NCBI GenBank assembly: GCA_002708385.1
Contig: PANM01000013.1
Coordinates: 87,359-151,358, forward strand
Direction: 5' to 3'
DNA length: 64,000 nucleotides
Source: Methanobacteriota archaeon
GTDB lineage: Archaea > Thermoplasmatota > Poseidoniia > Poseidoniales > Thalassarchaeaceae
Shown: positions 49,098 to 57,800 of the stretch, piece by piece
Numbering within the stretch: position 1 is the stretch's first letter
Layout of the letters: each line of letters starts with the position of its first letter
Translations under genes and position numbers: made by a program
The notes under the pieces: model-generated
The model's input: only the letters and a program-made list of their open reading frames with translations
What the model was told of the DNA's origin: nothing
Databases searched by the model: none

Positions 49098-50444
49098 GTG
49101 TCAGTCTCACCACTGGATTACCGATATGGACGACCCGAAGCTAAAGAAATCTGGTCTAGGGAAGGTCGACACAGTAGACAATTAGAGGTAGAAAGAGCCC
49201 TGGTATGGGCTCACTGCCAACTTGGCCGAGTATCCGCAGAACACTACGATATGATTGCTGATATCTCAGACCCAGGTATTGTCACCGCAAATAGGGTGGA
49301 CGAAATTGAAGCCGAAACACGGCATGATATAATGGCACTAACAAAGGCCATGGCAGAAAAGGCCGGAGAAGCGGCTTGGTGCATACATTTGGGTGCGACA
49401 AGCAATGATATTGTGGATTCTGCTGTAGCCCTACAGATTAGAGATTCAATCAAATTACAAAGAAAGAGTTTGCTGAGGCTACTCTCGACCCTCTGTGATT
49501 TAGCAGAGAGAGAAAGAGATACAGTAATGCTCGGTAGAACACATGGCCAAGCAGCTGTACCGATTACATTCGGGCTAAAGATCGCTGTTTTTGTAGATGA
49601 ATTCAGAAGACATCTTGTAAGGTTAGACGAATTAGAATCGAGAGCGATTACAGGAAAATTCCTAGGAGCTGTCGGAACAGGTGCAGCGCAAGGTGAGAAT
49701 GCAAAAGAATTGCAACAACTAATCCTTCAACATCTAGGATTAACGGTACCAGTAGCGACAACACAAGTGGTTGGAAGGGATCGCTACATCGAATGGGTTG
49801 GTTGGATGTCTAATGTAGCCGCCTCAGTTGAAAAGTTACTACAAGAAGTAAGGAATCTACAACGCTCAGAAATAGCCGAAGTTGGCGAATGGTTCGATGT
49901 AGAAAAGCAAGTTGGTTCTTCTACAATGGCTCACAAAAGAAACCCAATTACTGCCGAGAATGCTTCTGGTTTAGCAAGAATTGTTCGCGCCATGATTATC
50001 CCCTCCTATGAAAATGCTCTATTGTGGCACGAGAGGGATTTAGCTAATTCTTCAAGTGAACGATTCACCCTTTCTCATGCAATGATTTTATTGGATGATA
50101 TTCTGGCAAAATCAGACAGAGTTATGAGTAAATGCGTGGTTGACACCGAGAGAATGTTAGCAAACATAGAATCTCAAAAAGGGCTAGTGATGGCAGAGAA
50201 AATAATGTTAGCATTGGTCAATGAAGGTATTCACAGAGACCAAGCCCACGAAATATTACGAGCAGCTTCAATGGTGGCAGTTGCTGAAAATCGTCATCTT
50301 CGATCAGTTTGTGGAGAAGATGATTCGGTAACTAGTGCCTTTACCTCAGAAGAATTAGACCAACTATTCGACCCCTCAAGTCACCTTGGAGTCAGTGGTG
50401 AAATTGTAGACGAAGCAATAGCACTGGCAAGAGCGATGATTTAG
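49098..50444 (+). CDS. purB: adenylosuccinate lyase
   Basis: SPLDYRY, T.HD, HLGATSND, GRTHGQ, QVGSSTMAHKRNP. Confidence 0.96.
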   Translation: MSVSPLDYRYGRPEAKEIWSREGRHSRQLEVERALVWAHCQLGRVSAEHYDMIADISDPGIVTANRVDEIEAETRHDIMALTKAMAEKAGEAAWCIHLGATSNDIVDSAVALQIRDSIKLQRKSLLRLLSTLCDLAERERDTVMLGRTHGQAAVPITFGLKIAVFVDEFRRHLVRLDELESRAITGKFLGAVGTGAAQGENAKELQQLILQHLGLTVPVATTQVVGRDRYIEWVGWMSNVAASVEKLLQEVRNLQRSEIAEVGEWFDVEKQVGSSTMAHKRNPITAENASGLARIVRAMIIPSYENALLWHERDLANSSSERFTLSHAMILLDDILAKSDRVMSKCVVDTERMLANIESQKGLVMAEKIMLALVNEGIHRDQAHEILRAASMVAVAENRHLRSVCGEDDSVTSAFTSEELDQLFDPSSHLGVSGEIVDEAIALARAMI

Positions 50445-50487
50445 CAATAGTAATGCTAATCCACCCTGAGTTTTACAGACTCCAATA

Positions 50488-51057
50488 ATGCTTGACCTAG
50501 AATCCGGCCCGGTTCACGTTTCTGTGGAGGAGGGAATAGGAGGGACTAGCCTCTGTCTAAGCCTTGCAGTAGATGTATTAAAGTCTAATTTTCGTGTTGT
50601 CTGGTTAGGTAGAAATACGTTACATCCTCAAAGGACTCAAGAGATATTTTCAGGACTTAACGGATCTCAATTGGATAGATTTTTTTTCATGGAGTTTACC
50701 ACAAATTTACTTGCTAGGGTCAACGCTTTGAACCCCCTAATCAAAAGATTAGACGAAACTGACTTGATTGTCATTGATGATTGGTGTCCCTCTTCAGGCA
50801 GAGCAACTGCTGATGATTTGAAAGCGGTACGTAATTTGATTTCGACAACAAACAATACTAGGTTAATCTTGACTTCAAAGGCCTATGAATCACCATCTGC
50901 AGACGAATACAAATGGAAGAGCAGGGGTTCTCAAATTTCTGGATTAAGGCAAGTTTGGTTATTGAGGGAAGAAGGCATTAGAAATTATCGCAAACTAATC
51001 GACGGCGAACAACAAACCAGATTGAGACTGAGTGAATCTGGTTTTTCCATTGTTTGA
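50488..51057 (+). CDS. RecA/RadB-fold-like protein with degenerate Walker A
   Basis: EEGIGGTSL in P-loop position, VVWLG strand, LIVIDD Walker B. Confidence 0.5.
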   Translation: MLDLESGPVHVSVEEGIGGTSLCLSLAVDVLKSNFRVVWLGRNTLHPQRTQEIFSGLNGSQLDRFFFMEFTTNLLARVNALNPLIKRLDETDLIVIDDWCPSSGRATADDLKAVRNLISTTNNTRLILTSKAYESPSADEYKWKSRGSQISGLRQVWLLREEGIRNYRKLIDGEQQTRLRLSESGFSIV

Positions 51058-51060
51058 TTA

Positions 51061-51282
51061 TTATTCAGAATCAAATCTTTCAGTTAATAATTTATCAAGT
51101 TCAGCCAATGCATTAGCGTCTGGTTCTTCGAGGCTCTGCGGATTTCTGGCATTACCGGAATAATCTTCAGTCTCAAATATTATTTTCTGACGACGTTTTT
51201 GTCGTAATCTTAGTAAAACCCATATCAATAAGCCTGCAGACATTGACAATAACACAGAGATAATATTCTGGCCATCTGCCAT
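51061..51282 (-). CDS. small single-TM protein
   Basis: Hydrophobic segment followed by basic RLRQKRRQK; follows tiaS. Confidence 0.55.
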   Translation of the reverse strand: MADGQNIISVLLSMSAGLLIWVLLRLRQKRRQKIIFETEDYSGNARNPQSLEEPDANALAELDKLLTERFDSE

Positions 51283-51300
51283 ACCTTCACCACACAACAC

Positions 51301-52578
51301 TTAGTCTTGATTATTCTGTCCAATTGGAAGCCCTCTATCCAAAGGTTTTGCCAAATGTCTCCTGTTGGATGGAGTAGGTTCAACCCATCCTTGATGTTCT
51401 GTCCTAAAGGAGGGTGATGCTGTCTCCCAAACTTTAACCTTTAATTTACCACATGTCTTACATCGCAGACCTTGACCTATACCTGCACTTCTCATTGTTT
51501 TACCGCAACATTGTGGCCTATTCCCTATTCTAGGAGCTGGGACTTTCAATCTTAGTCTCTCTAAATGTACTTCAGTTGAGGGAGAAGTTAGTCCCATCCA
51601 ATCAACCACATCGCCCACTTTCAATCTCCGTAACCTAGAATTAACCTCGCCACTTTCTGAGAAAGCAACAAGTGTTGCAGATTTAGACCCTGTCCAAATT
51701 CTTACTGAGGAATGACCTCCTTGGACCTCTAAGGGGTTAGTCAATACAATTCCACTTTCATATCCTAACAAATGGTCATCTGAAATTTGGTTTGTCCTGT
51801 GAATCGCCCAAGATTCACTATTTTCCACGTCATCTCTGCCCTGTAAATACTGATGTGCTGATTCTGCTTCAGATAGCGATTCGGCTCTAATGCCGTACAG
51901 TACGGGACAATTTGTTCTAGGCATTATCATTCCCCTACCAGTCGTTGGGTCTCTGTTTGCAAAGGTATTAGGGTACTTTTCGGACATAGAATTCACTGCT
52001 TCAATTGATACTTTCCTGGTTGACCGAATTTTATCTTTGAATCTCCATGCAATCAATTCCCAAGTGCTTTGAATGTTAGGCATCCAAGCTATGGCAGAAG
52101 AAGCACCTATGATCCCATATGGAATGTCTTCTATGGCATACATTTTTGTTGAATTTGGAATATTGGCAACACGTGTGATTAGAGATACTTCTTTCCTAAC
52201 TGCATCCCAATACATTTGTTCCGGAAAATCTTCCAAAGCCAATAATAGACAAGGAGATGGTTTTTGGCCGTTTTCGGGATATTTGGTTTGTATCTCTTCA
52301 TTCAATTCTTCAATAAACTCTCTACAAATCCAGTCTACGGAATCTAAAGTGTGAGTATCCACTGTGCAGATTGCTGAGAGGGCCGCATTACCTCTAGTTC
52401 GTTCTGGCGCGAATGGCCAGAGTCTGACTAATCTTCTTTCTTTAATCTCAAATCCATCAATAGACTCTTCCATTCGGCTTAGTAAGCGTTGGAAATGTTC
52501 TGTAGTACAGGCGTAATCGATATGGTCAGTGTCATCCAATCCGATTCGGATGACACTTTTCGTATGGGTACCGCTCAC
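51301..52578 (-). CDS. tiaS: tRNA(Ile2) agmatinylcytidine synthase
   Basis: IGLDDTD, CTT, LVRLWP....RTRGN.A, PVLYGIR, TNQ..D.H, OB fold, C-terminal Zn ribbon, HL.KP. Confidence 0.92.
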   Translation of the reverse strand: MSGTHTKSVIRIGLDDTDHIDYACTTEHFQRLLSRMEESIDGFEIKERRLVRLWPFAPERTRGNAALSAICTVDTHTLDSVDWICREFIEELNEEIQTKYPENGQKPSPCLLLALEDFPEQMYWDAVRKEVSLITRVANIPNSTKMYAIEDIPYGIIGASSAIAWMPNIQSTWELIAWRFKDKIRSTRKVSIEAVNSMSEKYPNTFANRDPTTGRGMIMPRTNCPVLYGIRAESLSEAESAHQYLQGRDDVENSESWAIHRTNQISDDHLLGYESGIVLTNPLEVQGGHSSVRIWTGSKSATLVAFSESGEVNSRLRRLKVGDVVDWMGLTSPSTEVHLERLRLKVPAPRIGNRPQCCGKTMRSAGIGQGLRCKTCGKLKVKVWETASPSFRTEHQGWVEPTPSNRRHLAKPLDRGLPIGQNNQD

Positions 52579-53231
52579 GCGGTACCCCCCAGTATGGAAT
52601 CAACAACACCTGAGATTCCTATTTCAGGGTCGCACCGAATCGCTCTGACTCCGAAGTTCTCCGCCGCAGCCATATCGACACCTCTGTCACCCACCATGAA
52701 TGAGGTTGACTCATCAGGTCTTTCGTCCCATTCATTATCGAAACGTAATTTTAGGCCTTGGAAATCCGGATCTATTGAGGCGGCATCAATGAGTTGTCGT
52801 CCTGCCTCTAACATTCCAGGATTAGGCTTTCGTGCCCAAGCCCCATCCCATGGCGCATAAGGTGAAAACAAAATTAAATCAAGATGAGCATCTGAATCCT
52901 CAGAAAGTAATCTAGTCCTGATTTCGGCATGAATATCATCTAGATTTTCTGAGTCCCAATGACCTCTGCCGATTGGTGATTGGTTGGTGACCACTACTAC
53001 TCTATACCCCGCTCTTCTCAATTTACCAATTGCTAAGCCAGCACCTGGTAACAATTCAACTTCTGATGGAGAATTAACGTAATGCTCACTGCCTATGTTG
53101 ATTACACCATCTCGGTCAAGATAAGCGATTCTACCATCCCAATTTTTGTTATTTGGCAAGCTGATTAAATCCAAACTATCTGTTAATTCCGCAGATTCGC
53201 GGTGAGGTACCAACATAGTATCACTTTCCAT
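52575..53231 (-). CDS. gmhB: HAD-IIIA phosphatase, GmhB-like (heptose-1,7-bisphosphate phosphatase)
   Basis: LDRDGVIN, VVTNQS, RKPNPGML, MVGD...D; adjacent to gmhA-like gene. Confidence 0.78.
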   Translation of the reverse strand: MESDTMLVPHRESAELTDSLDLISLPNNKNWDGRIAYLDRDGVINIGSEHYVNSPSEVELLPGAGLAIGKLRRAGYRVVVVTNQSPIGRGHWDSENLDDIHAEIRTRLLSEDSDAHLDLILFSPYAPWDGAWARKPNPGMLEAGRQLIDAASIDPDFQGLKLRFDNEWDERPDESTSFMVGDRGVDMAAAENFGVRAIRCDPEIGISGVVDSILGGTA

Positions 53232-53790
53232 GATTGGCTTTTGTGGCTTCTTTCACAATGTGATTGATGATTAATTGCATATCTTCAATTCGCTCCATAG
53301 AGGTGGTGGGAACTACGATTGCTACATCGACCATTCCTGCTAACTTACCACCGTTACCACCGTTGTAATTTCCAGTAATTGCTGCAGTTCTGCAACCCGC
53401 TTTTTTGGCGGCCAAAATACCATTTAGAACATTAGGTGAATTACCAGAGCCTGAATACGCGATAACCAAATCTCCAGATTTAGTAAAAGTAGACAATTGG
53501 CCTGCGAAAACGTTCGCATAATCAGTATCGTTGGCCCAAGCTGTAAACGAGGATATGTTATCTGTGTGAGCAATGGTTGGAATTCCAAGTTCTTTAGACC
53601 AATCTCCGGCACTGTGAGAGGGGGTAGCAGCGCTTCCACCATTCCCAATCATGTGTATTGTTCCACCACTTCCTGATACTGTGTTTATCTCGTTCCAAAG
53701 TGATTCGATTTGGGATTTTGAAACCTCGGACAAGGTTCTTTTCAAATCATCAAGATAATCTCCTGCGAATGAATCAAAATCAAACGCCAT
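53221..53790 (-). CDS. gmhA: SIS-domain phosphoheptose isomerase (GmhA-like)
   Basis: GNGGSA, TAWAND..Y..VF..QL, GD...A.S.SGNSPNV. Confidence 0.8.
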   Translation of the reverse strand: MAFDFDSFAGDYLDDLKRTLSEVSKSQIESLWNEINTVSGSGGTIHMIGNGGSAATPSHSAGDWSKELGIPTIAHTDNISSFTAWANDTDYANVFAGQLSTFTKSGDLVIAYSGSGNSPNVLNGILAAKKAGCRTAAITGNYNGGNGGKLAGMVDVAIVVPTTSMERIEDMQLIINHIVKEATKANHGK

Positions 53791-53836
53791 GTTAATTCCT
53801 CGAGGAGACCGAAGAGGGCATCATATTTACGAGTTG

Positions 53837-54844
53837 ATGGCCACAGTCAATCCAATGGAAGAGCCTATTGGCGCGGGTTTGGCGGCATTAGCCGAGTCAT
53901 TAGGGACTTCGAGTGAGGCGCTTAGGTTACTAATTGGAAGCATTGGAATGTTGCTTTTGGCACTATCATTTGCAAGGTCTAATGATAATTGGTCGGGTAA
54001 AATAGCCGCAATAGGATGGATTCTTCTAGGTTTGTTCTTCTATCTTCTTTCAGATTACTATGTCAAACTTGGAGATCCTGTTTTGGTAATAATGACCGCT
54101 GGAGCATTACCAGGCGGATTATTCTTAGCATGGTTTGAAACCGTAGGGAAATCAGAAACGTCATTTGAGACTAATCAATCACTAGTATGGTTCAGAGGAA
54201 TGGTAGCATGGTCAATGATTCCGTATCAGATTGTATATTGTGTGCCTTATTTGAATATCGCATTTGTAATGATGACAGCCCATAGTGCTGAATGGATGTT
54301 AGAGTTTGTTGGACTTGGGTCTTATACAATGGGCGAAGTCATGGTTGACCTTCGTGATGGAGATCAAGTTCCATTAAGTGAATGGGATGGAAGTATGCTA
54401 CTTCTAACTCAACCCCTTGGGGATGGGGGATTCTTCATCCCAATGTATCATTCAACAGGTGAAGAAGTAGGAATCGGATTCATTTTGAGTTGTTCAGGAC
54501 TACAATCAATGATCATTTTTGTAGGAGCAATTGTAGCACTTCAAACAGTGCCTTGGAATAGAAGGATTCGGGGTTTGCTGATTTCTGTGCCGACTATTCA
54601 TATCCTTAACACATTCAGGAATGCAGGAATAGTTTGGTTAGAGGTTAATTACCACAATTGGGAGTTTTTAGGTTTGAACATGTTTGACTTTTCTCATAGT
54701 TATGCCGCTAAGGCTGCTAGCCTATTCGCGATGTTTTTGATGGCAATAGCTCTGTTCGACCTTCTACCTGAATTACACAAAAATATAATGCAATTATTAC
54801 CAAAGAAATTACGAGGGAAATCAGATTCTTCAACGACTTCGTAA
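53837..54844 (+). CDS. archaeosortase (ArtA-like, exosortase family; start uncertain)
   Basis: Multi-TM; ILSCSGLQS (catalytic Cys), LNTFRN (Arg), F.FSH. Confidence 0.82.
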   Translation: MATVNPMEEPIGAGLAALAESLGTSSEALRLLIGSIGMLLLALSFARSNDNWSGKIAAIGWILLGLFFYLLSDYYVKLGDPVLVIMTAGALPGGLFLAWFETVGKSETSFETNQSLVWFRGMVAWSMIPYQIVYCVPYLNIAFVMMTAHSAEWMLEFVGLGSYTMGEVMVDLRDGDQVPLSEWDGSMLLLTQPLGDGGFFIPMYHSTGEEVGIGFILSCSGLQSMIIFVGAIVALQTVPWNRRIRGLLISVPTIHILNTFRNAGIVWLEVNYHNWEFLGLNMFDFSHSYAAKAASLFAMFLMAIALFDLLPELHKNIMQLLPKKLRGKSDSSTTS

Positions 54845-57800
54845 TCTTTCGTAGAATTTTCCTTTCAATGGCATATCATGTTCCCAGGCAAATTCTTTCA
54901 TTACCCTCAAGGCCTCTTTTTCCAAATCAGAATCGCCTACAAAATCGGTAATGCGAATTACCCCCTCCCTTGTGTTTGCCTTGAATGCCGCAATTGGTTC
55001 TTCTCTATGGAATACAAGGTACGCCGAACCATAACCAAACCTTTCTCTCAATAGACTGCCATAATAATGTATCAATGGATCTGATGGAGGGATGACTAAA
55101 TCACGAGTTCTACTTAAACCATCTGAACCATCTAGCAAATCATGCCTACCCCAACATACATCATGCATATCATCAACAAGGAAACCTTTGATCAATGTAC
55201 CATCTTCTTCGAATTCTCGCATTACATCAGAAATTTCTTCAGCAGAGAAGGGCGACCCTGCCAACCTTTCGACTTGTTTTAGAGTAATAACAGGAAAATC
55301 TTTGACTAAATCTCTTAGGAAGTCACGTTTTACTTCCCATAAATCAGACGAAGATATTGGTTCAACTGCTTTGAACCCTCCACGATAATCTTGCACTAAG
55401 TGTCCACTACGAACTAAGGGTGAAATCAGTTTTCGAAATTCCCCTCTCTTCATAGCGTGACGTTCCATGAAAATTGAAGGGTCATGATGTTCTCTGAAAA
55501 ACTGTAGAATTTCCTCGTCTTCTTCTGGAGGTTGAATATTTCGAATTGTCAATAATTTTTGGAAATGAAGCATCTTCGCCCAAACAAGGTGCCCCCTCAA
55601 ATTTGTACCTTGGTGTAATTGATGAGCCGCAGCCATTGACTTGAGGTCAACCCTGAACATTTCACAACGACCTCGGAGGGCAAAGTCATCCCTTAATTCG
55701 TCTAAGTGGTCGAGAGCTAAAGTTTCATTTTCATGACGGGTTTTCTGATGTAATGAATGGTGATGGAAGAGAATTCGATTAATCTTCTTTCTAGGCATTG
55801 GGTCTACTATTCCGCCCCTAATGTATCGCTCTCCATCACCCATAGATTCGAAACCGAGATCTGAGAGAATCTGCTGCACATTTTCATCACATTCGTGAAC
55901 GGGGACTCCGTTGAACGCGTGAATAACTGATACATCGATTAACCTATCACGATAATTTTCTAATAATTCGTCGAATGTGGTTTTGAATTCATCGAGATAA
56001 GAATGTGGGATATTGATATCCTTGATTTCAAGGTAATCATTAACCACGAACATCAATATTCTCCCAACCGGATCTACACCCTTGAATACCGGATGATACC
56101 AGCCTTGCTTGAGCATTAGTCGGACTTCTTGAATAAAGCGTGAACAGAATGGATCTGATTGAGAAACTATTCTCATTTTGCGATCTTCTGCCATAGGAGA
56201 GAGGAGTTTTTCAGCATCTTCGTGGCTGGAATAATAATCCGTAGGGTCTGGCTGTAATGCAACTACCCGAGCAATTTTTCCAGCATTTTCTAAGTCACGT
56301 AGAGTTTCAGCCAACTCCTCAACTGGTCGCGATACAAAGAATCTCAGTGTATGTAGTCTAACTGGTCCGATTCTTTCGATTAGTGTTTTTACCGCCTCAT
56401 CAAAATTCATCGGTTTAACCCTATCATGGATTTTATGGAATACTGCAAGTGAGCGTTTCCTATTCGGCAGTTCAATGTATTTTTTGCCGATAATTAACTG
56501 CCTCTCTAAATTTGATAGAGCACTCTTCAATGACCTTTGAATGTGAGCATTTTCTTTGCCCTTGGGATAACCATCGAATAATTCGATTCGACTCATACCT
56601 TCCTTAGGTATCTTCTCTAGTAATTCCTCCTCTAGGGGCCCTATCCAAGGGTCTCCCCTTAGACCAAGAACCAGTGGCAACTGGTCGTCCATTGTGTAAC
56701 CAACTCGATTGTGTAACAAACGCCCATTGACTACATCAGGATCGTGTTTGATATCTTTCCAATCACGGAATCTGTAATCTTTAACTCGATGTAACATCTC
56801 ATCTCTTCTTTGAACTAAAATCAGATTTCTAATCGCATCAGCAGGCTCATCATATTGAGTAAATGATTTATGTAAAATCAAAGTTTGCAGAGTTCGATAA
56901 TCTACAACTTCGACTTGACCACCGGTGATCCTATACTCATCAACACGGAGGATGTATTCCCCATCTTCGGTTTGGGTAAAGAATCCAATAGAGACTAAAT
57001 TCCTCATTTCTAATTCCTGTAAAACCGATTCAACTTGACCACGCGGGAATGGTAATCTACTGGCGAGTTTATCCAATGTCCGGGGGCCTTCTGAGCCCAA
57101 CATGTCCAATAATTTCAACCTGAGACAATCCATAGGATCAGACAGATAAGTTTCTTTCCAATTAGCCGGTTTTCCATCCTTGTAGTCCACTCCCATATCA
57201 AAGGTCAGACCACCGGTGTAGAGAGCCCTAAGGTCATCCATTTCATCAGCACCGGAAGCTGCAAGGCATCCCAGAGTTCCGTGTACTCCAGCCATCCTTT
57301 CTGAGAACCACTTGTCATCGATTTGTTCTAACCCGGTATTCCGGACCTTGGTAATCAAACCCCGCTCTGCCAATTCGTAAACCCATTCTCTAAGTTGTTC
57401 GAATTCTACATCTTTCAACTTCTCAGAATAAAGCGGATGAGTTAGTGATTTTTCTAGCCCACCTCCCATATCCATAAGTCTCAATAATCCAGAAGGAGAA
57501 TCTGGAACTGCTACCTTATCTTGGTAATACTGAGCTAATCTTTCTCGGTCTAAGTCGGTAGCAAGTGACCTAGCTCCCAGCAATCGCCGCAAAATTTCTG
57601 GATCTATATCTTTGATAAGATAGGCTCGAGTTCTTAGACTGAGCAAATCTTCGAAAGAGGACATGAATAATGTCATTCCAAGTGGCGATGGCATCTTCAC
57701 TTTACGATGAACAATTCGTACGTTTTCACTGTCCATTCTTGAGATGAAATCAGCCAATTCCTTCATTTCTAAATCGAAATTCATAATTTCATTCATGGCT

